A DNA stretch of 64,000 bases from Dehalococcoidia bacterium (lineage in GTDB: Bacteria > Chloroflexota > Dehalococcoidia > Lucifugimonadales > UBA3495): the NCBI GenBank assembly GCA_965232895.1, contig OZ247430.1, positions 40,934 through 104,933 on the forward strand, written 5' to 3'. Positions 1 through 10,371 of the stretch are shown here, piece by piece (position 1 is the stretch's first letter; every line of letters begins with the position of its first letter). The position numbers were made by a program, and so were the translations under genes. The notes below the pieces were generated by a model. It ran no database searches. It was not told the origin of the DNA and worked only from the letters and a program-made list of their open reading frames with translations.

Positions 1-154
1 CATGCCGGTGGCGTTCCGCGCTCTCCGCAGGGGAAAGGTGCCCCCGGTCATGCACAAAAACGTGGAAAACGTCGAAGCCGTGCGGAGGCTTTTCCGCCAG
101 CTGGAACCGAATCCGCCGGAGCCGCAGGTCAGCAACAACTCCCCATTTGGGTAG
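1..154 (+). CDS. 3' end of probable succinate dehydrogenase/fumarate reductase Fe-S subunit (partial)
   Basis: Open frame ...MPVAFRALRRGKVPPVMHKNVENVEAVRRLFRQLE...G-TAG at 152-154, directly upstream of a CCG-domain gene. This resembles SdhB C-termini in type E SDH operons. The identity is inferred from context. Confidence 0.55.
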   Translation, partial: MPVAFRALRRGKVPPVMHKNVENVEAVRRLFRQLEPNPPEPQVSNNSPFG

Positions 155-198
155 CGGTCGCGTCCAACGGTCACGGAACCACCGTCATCCCAAGGCCA

Positions 199-226
199 GT
201 AGGGGCGAACCGATCTTCGCCCCTAT
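199..226 (+). repeat. GTAG-type REP-like palindrome
   Basis: GTAGGGGCGAA-ccgatc-TTCGCCCCTAT; similar units at 43338 and 61053. Confidence 0.6.
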
Positions 227-259
227 ACTAGTGGCCCATTGATCCAAGAGGAGGAACTC

Positions 260-1141
260 GTGAAGTACGCTTTCTTTCCGGGCTGCGTTTCCCAGGGTGG
301 AGCGCCCGAGCTTTACCCGGCGGCGCACATGGTCTGCCAGCGGCTGGGGATCGAACTGGAGGAAATTCCCGGTTGGACGTGTACCGGGGCGGGCGTTATC
401 CAGGAAAAGAATCAGCTGTTTGGGGACACCCTGAACGCCCGGAACTTCGCCAAAGCGGAGCGGATGGGCCTCCCAATACTCACCATTTGCAGCACCTGCC
501 AGGGCGTGATGTCACAGGCAAACCACCGGATGCGCGACCCCGAATATCTGTCGGAAATCAACTCCTACCTGGCCGAGGAAGGGCTGGAGTACAGCGGCCA
601 GTCCGAGCCCAAGCACATGCTGTGGATACTGATCGAGGACTATGGACTGGACCGTTTGGGCGGCTACATAACGCGCCAACTGACGGACCTCAAGATCGCG
701 CCCTTCTACGGTTGCTACATCGTACGGCCAACTGAAGCGCTGGATATAGCCGACCACCCGGAACGGCAGCAGTCGCTGGAAATGCTGATACAGACGCTGG
801 GCGCGACGCTGGTGGATTTCGAGGGCAAGACCCGCTGCTGCGGTTTTCCGATCCTAACCATCAACCAGAAGAACTCAATGGCCATGGTGGGCAAGCACAC
901 CTCCGAGGTCAAGGACCTGGGAGCCGACGCCATGGTTACCCCGTGTCCATTGTGTCATCTCAACCTGGACGGGTTCCAACCCAAGGCAGCCTCGCAGGCC
1001 CGCCGGTCAATTGACCTGCCGATTCTGCACATGCCCCAGCTGATCGGGTTGGCGATGGGCATGTCGCCATCCGAGTTGGGCATGAAAAAGCACATCATCA
1101 GCACGGGTCCGCTGGAAGTCAAAGCCGGTCTGCGACGCTGA
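260..1141 (+). CDS. CCG-domain protein, heterodisulfide reductase subunit B-like / SdhE-type membrane anchor of succinate dehydrogenase
   Basis: [26 protein letters not shown] and [11 protein letters not shown] motifs; GTG start at 260 after a GAGGAGG RBS. Confidence 0.85.
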   Translation: MKYAFFPGCVSQGGAPELYPAAHMVCQRLGIELEEIPGWTCTGAGVIQEKNQLFGDTLNARNFAKAERMGLPILTICSTCQGVMSQANHRMRDPEYLSEINSYLAEEGLEYSGQSEPKHMLWILIEDYGLDRLGGYITRQLTDLKIAPFYGCYIVRPTEALDIADHPERQQSLEMLIQTLGATLVDFEGKTRCCGFPILTINQKNSMAMVGKHTSEVKDLGADAMVTPCPLCHLNLDGFQPKAASQARRSIDLPILHMPQLIGLAMGMSPSELGMKKHIISTGPLEVKAGLRR

Positions 1142-1169
1142 AACGGTGCGCGGGCTGTACCGAAAAATT

Positions 1170-1195
1170 GAAGGGCGGGATAACTCCCGCCCTTC
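1170..1195. terminator. Bidirectional intrinsic terminator between convergent genes
   Basis: GAAGGGCGGGA-taac-TCCCGCCCTTC, with an A-run on the left and pyrimidines on the right. Confidence 0.7.
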
Positions 1196-1221
1196 TCCGT
1201 TCTATCCGCTGCCTGCGGTTG

Positions 1222-2517
1222 TCAGCCCTTGATGGTCGGCGCGACTTCCCGAATCGCCGCGATCGTCCGGTCGATATCGGCGTCAGTGTGGGCGATAGAC
1301 GGATAGAATTTCTGCGGCCACGACTTGAGGATCCCGCGCTCCAGCAGTCCGAAGTTGAGACGCGACAGAGGTTGGCCATCCGCGGCCAGGCCGTCACGGA
1401 AGTTCCGAACCGGGTGCTCCGCAAAATAGATGTCGAAGATCGCATCCTCGCCGACGCTCTGTACGGAGAACCCCTGCTCTTCACAGGCGTCTGCCAGAGC
1501 CGAGCGGATGCGCCCTCCAACCTCATGGAGGCGATCGTAGGCGCCTTCGGTGCGCAGTTCGGCCAACGTGGCGAGACCGGCGGCGCACGCGATGGGAAAG
1601 CCGTTCAGCGTCCCAATCTGGTCAACGTAGTTATCGGCCGACACTGCGGCGCGGTCATAGACGGACATCACGTCGGCATTCCCCATCAGCGCTGCCAGGG
1701 GGTATCCGCCACCCATGATTTTGCCCACAGTGCACAGGTCGGGCGCGACTCCATAATATTCCTGTGCGCCGCCGTAGGCCAGGCGGAACCCGGTGACGAT
1801 TTCGTCAAAAATCAGCAGCAGGCCGGCATCCCGGGTGATCTTGCGGAGGCCCTGAAGAAAGCCGGGATCGGGAGCGATGGTGCGCTGCAGTGGCTCGACG
1901 ATCACGGCAGCGATCTCATCCTTGTGCGCCGCTATGATCGCGGCCGTGGTGTCGAGGTCGTTGAACTGGGACACCAGCATCAGGTCGCTCAGGGCCCCGG
2001 GGATGCCGGCGGTGTTAGCTTCGGCCTGCGGGAACTCCACGGCCGCTGAGGCGAAGACGGACATCATGGCGTAATCGCTGGTGCCGTGGTAGCCACCCTC
2101 GAACTTCAGGATCTTTTCCTTGCCCGTGTACGCGCGAGCCACGCGCATGGCCTGGAAGCAGGCGTCGGTGCCGCTGGTGGTGAAGCGCACCTGCTCGGCG
2201 CAGGGAACGGCCTTCACGAGCTCCTCGGCCAGCAGCACAGCCTGATCGTTGGTGGCGAAAAAGGTCGAGCCACGGCTCACCGCGGACAGAACGGCATCGG
2301 TGACGGCGGGGTGGGCGTGCCCCAGGATCATGGGTCCGGAACCCATCAACCAGTCGACGTACTCGTTGCCGGACACGTCCCAGATACGCCCTCCTTTTCC
2401 TTCCTTGACCAGGAACTTGAGGTCATCCGGATACGAGGTGTTGCCGGTGCCGCTACCGGGGAAATACTGTGCGGCTTTTTCCAGGAGGTCCCGTTCGAGT
2501 GGTGTCCGTTGGGTCAT
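1222..2517 (-). CDS. Class III PLP aminotransferase, glutamate-1-semialdehyde aminomutase-like
   Basis: WDVSGNEYVD, GPMILGHAHP, FEGGYHG, LIFDEIVTGFR and GKIMGGGYP (PLP Lys); likely start MTQRT at 2517. Confidence 0.85.
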   Translation of the reverse strand: MTQRTPLERDLLEKAAQYFPGSGTGNTSYPDDLKFLVKEGKGGRIWDVSGNEYVDWLMGSGPMILGHAHPAVTDAVLSAVSRGSTFFATNDQAVLLAEELVKAVPCAEQVRFTTSGTDACFQAMRVARAYTGKEKILKFEGGYHGTSDYAMMSVFASAAVEFPQAEANTAGIPGALSDLMLVSQFNDLDTTAAIIAAHKDEIAAVIVEPLQRTIAPDPGFLQGLRKITRDAGLLLIFDEIVTGFRLAYGGAQEYYGVAPDLCTVGKIMGGGYPLAALMGNADVMSVYDRAAVSADNYVDQIGTLNGFPIACAAGLATLAELRTEGAYDRLHEVGGRIRSALADACEEQGFSVQSVGEDAIFDIYFAEHPVRNFRDGLAADGQPLSRLNFGLLERGILKSWPQKFYPSIAHTDADIDRTIAAIREVAPTIKG

Positions 2518-2564
2518 GTTGGCCTCCCGCAGCGCATAAGATGGTTGCTTCATTATACATACCG

Positions 2565-2598
2565 CAAAACGAAGAAAGGGCGGGTTGGCAACCCGCCC
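2565..2598 (-). terminator. Intrinsic terminator after mdh
   Basis: GGGCGGGTT-ggc-AACCCGCCC hairpin followed on the minus strand by TTTCTTCGTTTT. Confidence 0.65.
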
Positions 2599-2636
2599 CA
2601 GTTCGACTTTGGGTGCGCCGGAATATTCCGGCCACG

Positions 2637-3581
2637 CTATGCGGCTTCCTCTCTGGCTTTTGCCATTACATCGACCAATTCCTGCACGGAAGCGGCCGAG
2701 GACTGCAAAGCGGACTTTTCTTCGTCGGTGAGACTGATCTCGATCACTTTCTCCATGCCGCCCGCGCCGATCTTGACGGGAACGCCAACGCACAGCCCGT
2801 TGATCCCGTACTCACCCTCAAGGTAGGCGCAGCCGGGCAGGATGCGCTTACGGTCCAGCAGGATCGCCTCGACCATCTCTGTGATCGCCGCCGACGGCGC
2901 GTAAAAGGCCGAGCCCTGTTTGAGCAGGGCGACGATTTCGCCGCCGCCGTCGCGGGTCCGCTGCACGATGGAGTCGATGCGGTCCTGGGACAGGAGTTCC
3001 GCAAGCGGGATGCAACCGACGGTGGTATAGCGCACCAGGGGCACCATGTCGTCGCCGTGCCCGCCCAGCACCATGGCCTGGACGTCGTCGACCGAAACGT
3101 CAAGTTCCTGGGCGATGAAGGTCCGGTAGCGGGCGGTGTCGAGAACGCCGGCCATTCCGAACACGCGGTTGCGCGGGAACCCGGAGGTCTCGAACACGTT
3201 CTGCACCATGGCATCCAGCGGGTTGGTAACCGCCAGGATGATGCAGTCGGGGGAGTACCTGACGATTTCCTCGGTAACGGATGCTGTGATCCTCATATTG
3301 GTGAGGAGCAGATCGTCCCGGCTCATTCCAGGCGTTCGAGCTCGCCCTGAAGTTATGACCACAACATCAGATCCAGCGGTTTCCTCGTAGCCGTTGGAGC
3401 CGGTGATCGTGCCATCTGAGCCGATGATGGGACCGGATTCCAGCATATCCAGGCTCTTGCCCTGTGGCATGTCCTCAATGATATCCACCAAGACGACATC
3501 GGCATAGCCGAGCTGGTGGATCCGTTGGGCGGTCGTGGCGCCGACATTGCCGGCGCCGACGACGGTTACTTTGCTTCGCAT
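2637..3581 (-). CDS. mdh: Malate dehydrogenase (LDH-like)
   Basis: [43 protein letters not shown]; start MRSK at 3581. Confidence 0.93.
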   Translation of the reverse strand: MRSKVTVVGAGNVGATTAQRIHQLGYADVVLVDIIEDMPQGKSLDMLESGPIIGSDGTITGSNGYEETAGSDVVVITSGRARTPGMSRDDLLLTNMRITASVTEEIVRYSPDCIILAVTNPLDAMVQNVFETSGFPRNRVFGMAGVLDTARYRTFIAQELDVSVDDVQAMVLGGHGDDMVPLVRYTTVGCIPLAELLSQDRIDSIVQRTRDGGGEIVALLKQGSAFYAPSAAITEMVEAILLDRKRILPGCAYLEGEYGINGLCVGVPVKIGAGGMEKVIEISLTDEEKSALQSSAASVQELVDVMAKAREEAA

Positions 3582-3615
3582 GTGTTGAGTGGTCCTCCGA
3601 TTGATGCAGGTTGGG

Positions 3616-5844
3616 TTAGATGGCATCCACGATGGCATTCAGCGTGGGGCTGGGTCGCATGGCTCTGGCGGACTTCTCCTGGTCAGGGCGGTAGTACCCG
3701 CCGATGTCCACGGGTTCGCCCTGACAGTCGATCAGTTCCTGAATGATCCGGTCCTCGTTTTCGGTCATCTGGCGGGCGACCTCCACGAAGTGGGCTTTCA
3801 ACTCTGGGTTTTTGTCCTGGTTCGCCAGCGCCTGCGCCCAATAGAGGGCGAGGTAGAAGTGGCTGCCCCGGGTGTCAAGCTCGTTCACCCGACGGGAGGG
3901 GTTTCTCTGATGTTCCAGATGCTCACCTATCGCCTGGTCCAGCGTCTCCGCCAGAAGCCGCGCGCCGTCGTTGTCGTACACTTCTCCGAAGTGCTCGAAC
4001 GAGGCAACCAGGGCGCAGAATTCACCCAGAGAGTCCCAGCGCAGATGTCCTTCTTCGACGAATTGCTGCACGTGCCGGGGAGCCGAACCACCGGCGCCGG
4101 TCTCAAATAGTCCGCCGCCGTTGAGCAGGGGGACCACGGAGAGCATCTTGGCGCTGGTTCCCAACTCGAGGATTGGGAACAGGTCGGTCAGGTAGTCGCG
4201 CAGTACGTTCCCGGTCACGGCGATGGTGTCCTGGCTGGCGCGGCTGCGCTCCAACGTGGCTTTCATGGCATCCAGGGGCGGCAGGATGCTGATGTCCAGC
4301 CCGGAAGTGTCGTGGTTGGGCAAATACTGGTTTACCTTCTTGATGAGCTCAGCGTCGTGGGCGCGATTCTGGTCTAGCCAGAAGATGGCGGCCTGGCCGG
4401 TTAGACGGGAGCGGGACACGCCGAGCCTGACCCAGTCCTGGATCGGGGCATCTTTGGTCTGGCACATGCGGAAGATGTCGTCTTTCTCGACGCTCTGTTG
4501 CATCAGCGTAGCGCCGTTGGCGTCGACCACGCTGATCGTCCCGTTGCCCGGGGCCTTGAAGGTCTTGTCGTGGGAACCGTACTCCTCAGCCGCCTGCGCC
4601 ATCAGACCCACGTTGGCGACGCTGCCAATTTTTGACGGGTCGAGGGCTCCGTGCTGCTGGCAGTCTTCGACAACCGCCTGGTAAATGGTGGCGTAGGAGC
4701 GGTCGGGGATCAGAGCGACGGTGTCGTGCAAATCGTTGTCCGGGCCCCAGGTGCGTCCTCCGTCGCGGATGACCACCGGCATAGAAGCGTCGATGATGGT
4801 GTCGCTGGAAACGTGCAGGTTGGTGATGCCCCGGTTCGAGTTCACCATCATCAGATCGGGGCGCTTGTCGTAGCACGCCTGAATGTCCGCCTCGATCTCG
4901 GCGCGCTTGGCCTCGGGCAAGTCCTGGATCTTGGTCAGCAGTTCGGCGACGCCATTGTCGGGGTCTACGGCCACCTGGGCCAGTGCGTCGCCGTGCTTTT
5001 CGAAGACATCCTTGAAGAATTCGGAGACCAAGTGCCCGAATATGATGGGATCGGACACGCGCATCATGGTGGTCTTTACGTGCAGGCCGAGCAGAACGTC
5101 GTCCGCTTTGGCCTTATCCATCTCTTCGGCGTAAAACCGGCGCAGAGCCCCGGCATTCATGACGGCGCAGTCGAGTATTTCGTCGGCCTGAATTGGTATG
5201 CCCGATTTGAGCTCGGTCACGCTTCCGTCGCTGCCGGTGAATACGATGGAGGCCGACCCCGCCTGCGTGGTGGTTACCGCCACCTCGCTGCTGAAAAAGT
5301 CTCCATCGTTCATGTGGCTGACGCGGGTCTTGGAGACCTCGGGCCAGTCCTGCATCATCCGGTGAGGATTGCGCAGGCCGTGCTCCTTGACCGCGTTCGA
5401 CGAGCGGCGATCGGAGTTGCCTTCCCGGATTACCGGGTTGACAGCGCTTCCGATCACGCGGGAGTAGCGGGCCTGGATCTGACGCTCTGCGTCGTTGGCG
5501 GGTTGATCGGGATAGTCGGGAATGTCATAACCCTTGCCCTGCAACTCGGCGATGGCGCCTTTCAACTGCGGAATCGAGGCGCTGATATTGGGCAGCTTGA
5601 TCAGGTTCGCCGACGGCTCCAGGCACAACTCGCCGCACATCCGCAGGTAATCCGGGATCTTCTGCTCGTCGGTCAGATTGTCCGGGAAATTGGCAATGAT
5701 GCGACCTGACAACGAGATGTCCCAGGTGTCGAGTTCAATCCCCGAACTCTTGGTGAACGCCTGTAGAATTGGCAACAGTGAGTGAGTTGCCAGGAACGGC
5801 GCTTCATCAGTTTCGGTGTAAATGATCTTGGCGGCTTCTGCCAT
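3616..5844 (-). CDS. icd: Monomeric NADP-dependent isocitrate dehydrogenase
   Basis: 742 aa; [46 protein letters not shown]; strong AAGGAGG RBS. Confidence 0.95.
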   Translation of the reverse strand: MAEAAKIIYTETDEAPFLATHSLLPILQAFTKSSGIELDTWDISLSGRIIANFPDNLTDEQKIPDYLRMCGELCLEPSANLIKLPNISASIPQLKGAIAELQGKGYDIPDYPDQPANDAERQIQARYSRVIGSAVNPVIREGNSDRRSSNAVKEHGLRNPHRMMQDWPEVSKTRVSHMNDGDFFSSEVAVTTTQAGSASIVFTGSDGSVTELKSGIPIQADEILDCAVMNAGALRRFYAEEMDKAKADDVLLGLHVKTTMMRVSDPIIFGHLVSEFFKDVFEKHGDALAQVAVDPDNGVAELLTKIQDLPEAKRAEIEADIQACYDKRPDLMMVNSNRGITNLHVSSDTIIDASMPVVIRDGGRTWGPDNDLHDTVALIPDRSYATIYQAVVEDCQQHGALDPSKIGSVANVGLMAQAAEEYGSHDKTFKAPGNGTISVVDANGATLMQQSVEKDDIFRMCQTKDAPIQDWVRLGVSRSRLTGQAAIFWLDQNRAHDAELIKKVNQYLPNHDTSGLDISILPPLDAMKATLERSRASQDTIAVTGNVLRDYLTDLFPILELGTSAKMLSVVPLLNGGGLFETGAGGSAPRHVQQFVEEGHLRWDSLGEFCALVASFEHFGEVYDNDGARLLAETLDQAIGEHLEHQRNPSRRVNELDTRGSHFYLALYWAQALANQDKNPELKAHFVEVARQMTENEDRIIQELIDCQGEPVDIGGYYRPDQEKSARAMRPSPTLNAIVDAI

Positions 5845-6007
5845 GATCTCCTCCTTAGCAAATAGATTTCACGGGCCGATACGGGTTGCCAAGGATTGTT
5901 GGACTACAGGCCCGAACGGAAAACCGGATGTCCAGTATCCGGCACAGGTAAAACCGTAGAGATTATACACACGAATATAGTTGAACGGTACCCGATACCG
6001 ATGAGCG

Positions 6008-6159
6008 CAGGGCAATCGCATCATAGGCCTCACGCCCGTCACTCCGGCGAAAGCCGGAGTCCAGTGGTCATAGAATGAACGAATTTGAAGCGTATTTGAC
6101 GAATTCGATCACTGGATTCCTGCTTGCGCAGGAATGACGGCGATGGTGCGATTACCCTG
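6008..6159 (+). mobile_element. 152-bp MITE/REPIN-like element, copy A
   Basis: Terminal inverted repeats CAGGGCAATCGCA / TGCGATTACCCTG enclose two inverted CGTC-tagged hairpins; four more same-length copies in the window. Confidence 0.8.
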
Positions 6160-6214
6160 CCCGATTAGCACAGGACCTTTCCAAAGTCCCGGATAGCGGC
6201 CTTTCACCTCGAAC

Positions 6215-6292
6215 TGTCATTCCGGCTTGCGCTGGAATCCAGATCATTCTGAACATAACGACCTCTGGGTTCCCGCTTGCGCGGAAATGACG
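6215..6292. repeat. Second CGTC/TGTC-type REP doublet
   Basis: TGTCATTCCGGCTTGCGCTGGAATCCAG ... CTGGGTTCCCGCTTGCGCGGAAATGACG in inverted arrangement. Confidence 0.65.
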
Positions 6293-6389
6293 TATCAACT
6301 TTGGAAAGGCCCTGCGATGAGCGAGCCCGGTCGACCCTTCAGTAGTGTGATACATTGTGGCGGTAATTCGATGCCCGACCCGATATGCA

Positions 6390-7787
6390 ATGAATGAACC
6401 TGAACGGCCGGCGACTCGATTGCCGCTGCTGAATAAACTGCTGTTCTCGTCTGACCACATCGGTCTGCAGGCCATCAGTTATTTTCGGCAGTCGTGGATA
6501 CTTTTCTTTCTGGCTCCGCCGGCCAGTGAGGGCGTGGCCCTGGTCCCCGACCCGGGCATTGCCCTGCTGGGGATCGACCTGGATGCTCGCGTGTTCGCCG
6601 GTTTCCTGCTGTCTGCCGGCCGATTCGTTGACGCATTCACCGACCCGCTCATTGGTTGGTGGAGTGATCGCACCCGTAGCCGCTGGGGACGCCGCATTCC
6701 CTTCATCCTCTTCAGCACTCCATTCTACGGCCTGTTTGCCGCCCTCGTATGGTTCCTGCCCTCTGAGGAGGCGAGCCTTTGGAACGCGCTGTACTTCGTG
6801 ATCATACTGGAGCTGTTCTTTACCGCAGCCACGATGTCCAGCGGCGCCCTGGAAGCCCTGATACCGGAAGTAACCAACACGCCCAAAGACCGGATGAACC
6901 TGGTGGGCTTGATCTTCGCCTTTGCTTATGTTGGCGCCGCCATCGGTCTGATCATTATCGGCAGAATGGTGGACGCCCTGGGCTTCCAACAGGTGGGAAT
7001 TATTCTGGCCCTAATGGGCGTGGTCTTCCGATACTTGTCGCTGTCGGCAATATGGCGACGGGCGCCCCGTCACACACCACCGGCGCAGGTTGCTTTTTGG
7101 CGTGGATTGGGCGACACCTTGCGCAACCCTCAGTTCGTTTATTACCTGCCCACCTTTGTGATGTTCACCACTGGCGTCGGCATGATGCAGAGCTGGATAC
7201 CTTTCTTCACTGTGGTGATTCTGCAGGCGGACAAGTCGGTTACCGCAAATCTGTTTATCGCCGTTTTTATTGGCGTCGCCATCGCCGGCGTAAGTATCTG
7301 GCTCGTGTTTGAATTCTTCCAGGTGAGCAAGCGGCGCATCTACGGCCTATGTCTGTTGGGCAGCGGAGCCGCGTTCCCGTTGCTGGCGTTGGTGGGCCTG
7401 ATTGAGAGCGGAGGCGTGATGCTGCAGAGTCTCATCCTGTTCTTTGCCGCCGGACTGCCCATGGCGGCGGTGTTCCTGCTGCCCAAAGCCATCACTGCGG
7501 ACGTGACCGATTACGACGAATTGTTGACCGGAGAGCGACGGGAGGCGATGTTTTACTCCACGCAGAATTTCTTCGAGAAGATCACCTTCGCGTTGCCTCC
7601 GCTTTTCCTGAGCCTGATACTGCTGTTAGGAGACTCTCCCGACAACCCCCTGGGTATCCGGCTGGCCCCCGTGTTTGCCGGAGCGCTGGCCGCCGCCGGG
7701 TTCATCCTCTGGCCGCGCTACCGCCTGCCCGACACGGTAAACCGCGAAACGGTGACCCAGGCCGGGCTGCTGCGCCAGGCGGCCTGA
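6390..7787 (+). CDS. MFS transporter, glycoside-pentoside-hexuronide (MelB-like) family
   Basis: DAFTDPLIGWWSDRTRSRWGRRIPF motif, about 12 hydrophobic segments, TGERREAMFY. Confidence 0.88.
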   Translation: MNEPERPATRLPLLNKLLFSSDHIGLQAISYFRQSWILFFLAPPASEGVALVPDPGIALLGIDLDARVFAGFLLSAGRFVDAFTDPLIGWWSDRTRSRWGRRIPFILFSTPFYGLFAALVWFLPSEEASLWNALYFVIILELFFTAATMSSGALEALIPEVTNTPKDRMNLVGLIFAFAYVGAAIGLIIIGRMVDALGFQQVGIILALMGVVFRYLSLSAIWRRAPRHTPPAQVAFWRGLGDTLRNPQFVYYLPTFVMFTTGVGMMQSWIPFFTVVILQADKSVTANLFIAVFIGVAIAGVSIWLVFEFFQVSKRRIYGLCLLGSGAAFPLLALVGLIESGGVMLQSLILFFAAGLPMAAVFLLPKAITADVTDYDELLTGERREAMFYSTQNFFEKITFALPPLFLSLILLLGDSPDNPLGIRLAPVFAGALAAAGFILWPRYRLPDTVNRETVTQAGLLRQAA

Positions 7788-7797
7788 CGGTCGCCCG

Positions 7798-9846
7798 CTA
7801 GGAATCCAGTTGCGCCGCCAACGCGGCGGCCTCGGTGACCGGAAGCTGGCACGCGTAATTTTCGCACACGTAGGCCGTGGGCCGGCCGTCTTGCATCACC
7901 CTCTGCTCCAGCAGCGGGGAGTCCTTCAGCGGCGGGTTCGTCGGATCGGCAACCCCAACCAGCACCTTGTTCGGCAGGAACCGCCGGCTCACCTCATCGA
8001 GCATATCCCCGGTACCGGGATTTTCGATTGGCCCGACGATGACGATTTCCCGGGGCAGCGAGACGTAGAAATCGAGCGCGCCCAGCCAGTGGCCGGTGGC
8101 GGAAGGCGCGCGCCCCAGCATCTGCTGCATCGCCCGGAGCGGGGTCGCTCCCTTTGCCGAATAGTCGTCGTTGCCGGTGACCACGGCCAGCCGGAGCAGA
8201 ACGTCGGCGGCGACTGAACTGCCGCAAGGCTGAGCGTTGTCGAACACGTCGCGGGGCCGGATCACCAGCGTTTCGTGATCGCTGCCAGTGTCGTAGAAGC
8301 CGCCGACAGCGTCATCCCAGAACAGGGCGTTCATGCCGCCGGCTACTGACACGGCCTCCTGGAGCCAGCGGGGTTCCAGCGTGGCCTCGTGCAGGGACAG
8401 CAGTCCGTCGGCCAGGCAGGCGTAGTCCTCGAGGTAGCCATTGAGCTTGGCCTCGCCATTGCGCCAGGTGCGGAGCACGCGACGGTTTGCGTCGCGCATG
8501 TTGCCGAGGAGGAAATCCGCATTCTTGCGCGCGGCGTCCAGGTAATCCTCGCGGCCCAGAGCGGCGCCGGCCTCCGCGAAAGAGCGGAGCATCATGCCGT
8601 TCCACGAGGTGAGGACCTTGTCATCGCGCAGGGGATGGATGCGCTGCTCGCGAACGTCGAGGAGGACGGCCCGGGCGCGAGCGACGGCGGCGAACAGATC
8701 GGACTCGGAGACGCCGCGCTGGCTCGCGTACTCTTCCGGCGGACGGGCAATGTTCAGGATATTGGCGCCTTCGAAGTTGCCGCGCTCGGTGACGCCGTAG
8801 TAGCCCATGACGAGATCGGCATCGTCCCCCAGCAGCGGACGCAGTTCGTCCGGCGTCCACACGAAGAACTTGCCCTCGACGCCCTCGCTGTCGGCGTCCT
8901 GGGCAGAGTAGAACCCTCCCGCCGGATCGGTCATCTCCCGCAGCACGTAGTCGAGGGTCTCCTCGGTGACGCGGCGGTACAGGGGGTTGCCGGTTACCTG
9001 CCAAGCGTGGAGGTACAGGCGGGCGAGCAGGGCGTTGTCGTAGAGCATCTTTTCGAAATGCGGAACGAGCCAGTAGGCGTCGGTGGAATAGCGGTGGAAT
9101 CCGCCACCCACCTGGTCGTATATGCCGCCGTAGGCCATCTTCTGCAGGGTCAGCTCGACCATCTCGAGGGCGCGGGCGTTGAAGCCGTGACGGTTGTAAC
9201 GCAGCAGGAACTCGGGGGTCATGGGCTGGGGAAACTTGGGCGCGTTGCCAAAGCCGCCGTTGAGATGGTCGAACTGGGTGGCGAGCTGGGAGTAGGCGTT
9301 GTGCATCACCTCGGTGGTCAGGGGCGTGAAACCGCGCGGCATCTGCCCGGTGCGCCCCATCTGCTCGGACAGTTGGCGGGTGACGCGGTCGATCTCGCCC
9401 TTGTTGGTGTGGTAGGCCTGGCCGGCGGCGGCCAAAAGGCGAGGAAATCCGGGCATCCCCTGGCGGTCCTCAGGCGGGAAATAGGTGCCGCCGTAGTAGG
9501 GATGGCCCGCGGGAGTGAGGAACACGGTCATGGGCCAGCCGCCGCTGCCGGTCATCATCTGCACCGCCTCCATGTAAACGGCGTCGAGGTCGGGCCGCTC
9601 CTCGCGGTCCACCTTGATGTTGACGAAATGCTCGTTCATCAGGGCGGCGATGTCCTCGTTCTCGAAGGACTCGCGCTCCATGACGTGGCACCAGTGGCAG
9701 GCGGAGTAGCCGATGCTGAGCAGGATGGGCCGGTCCTCGTCCCGGGCGCGGCCGAGGGCCTCCTCACCCCAGGCATACCAGTCCACGGGATTTTCGGCGT
9801 GCTGGAGCAGGTAGGGACTGGTCTCGTTGATCAGGCGATTTGCCAT
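7798..9846 (-). CDS. Thioredoxin-domain protein, YyaL/SPATA20 family
   Basis: [54 protein letters not shown]. Confidence 0.93.
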   Translation of the reverse strand: MANRLINETSPYLLQHAENPVDWYAWGEEALGRARDEDRPILLSIGYSACHWCHVMERESFENEDIAALMNEHFVNIKVDREERPDLDAVYMEAVQMMTGSGGWPMTVFLTPAGHPYYGGTYFPPEDRQGMPGFPRLLAAAGQAYHTNKGEIDRVTRQLSEQMGRTGQMPRGFTPLTTEVMHNAYSQLATQFDHLNGGFGNAPKFPQPMTPEFLLRYNRHGFNARALEMVELTLQKMAYGGIYDQVGGGFHRYSTDAYWLVPHFEKMLYDNALLARLYLHAWQVTGNPLYRRVTEETLDYVLREMTDPAGGFYSAQDADSEGVEGKFFVWTPDELRPLLGDDADLVMGYYGVTERGNFEGANILNIARPPEEYASQRGVSESDLFAAVARARAVLLDVREQRIHPLRDDKVLTSWNGMMLRSFAEAGAALGREDYLDAARKNADFLLGNMRDANRRVLRTWRNGEAKLNGYLEDYACLADGLLSLHEATLEPRWLQEAVSVAGGMNALFWDDAVGGFYDTGSDHETLVIRPRDVFDNAQPCGSSVAADVLLRLAVVTGNDDYSAKGATPLRAMQQMLGRAPSATGHWLGALDFYVSLPREIVIVGPIENPGTGDMLDEVSRRFLPNKVLVGVADPTNPPLKDSPLLEQRVMQDGRPTAYVCENYACQLPVTEAAALAAQLDS

Positions 9847-10371
9847 GGGGTAACACTCCTGGGCAAGGGCGGGAAGGACCGGGCGAAGGACACGGCAGGT
9901 CGGGCCGTTTTGAAGGTTTGACCGGTTTCGTTATAGAGGTGACGAATTACGTCATCTATGTCATGGGGCGATTCCGGCTGCGGGGCATGGACCGGATAAT
10001 AGCACGGGGAGGCGGTGCGCCGGTTGTCGAGGTGGTCGCGAACCATCGCTGTAGGGCGCGTGGCTGACGGATGGTGCGCTCATGGGAGGCTGAGCCCCAG
10101 GCTAGCCGGCGAGGGCAAATGGGCGGCGGCGAGCGTTTGCGCTGCAACGCGCGCGCGTTCCTAAACGAGCGGCGTGTCGGAGCAGACCTGCTACTGCTGC
10201 CGGGCTGCGGAACGCGGCCTTCGGGCCCACCAGACACGTCGTTCGACGCGGTTCGCGTGGCCCTGGCCCATAGAGATTGCAGGCGTCCCTCGTAACCGCC
10301 TGGCGGGTGCGAATGCGTGCGACTACTTCCACGTTGACCGTTCGCTCGCTGCCAGCGTGGGTCAACGGGCG

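Noticed and set aside
9850-10371. Short ORFs between yyaL and the RM gene
   Set aside because: They have low-complexity Arg/Pro-rich translations, no convincing RBS and no family motif.
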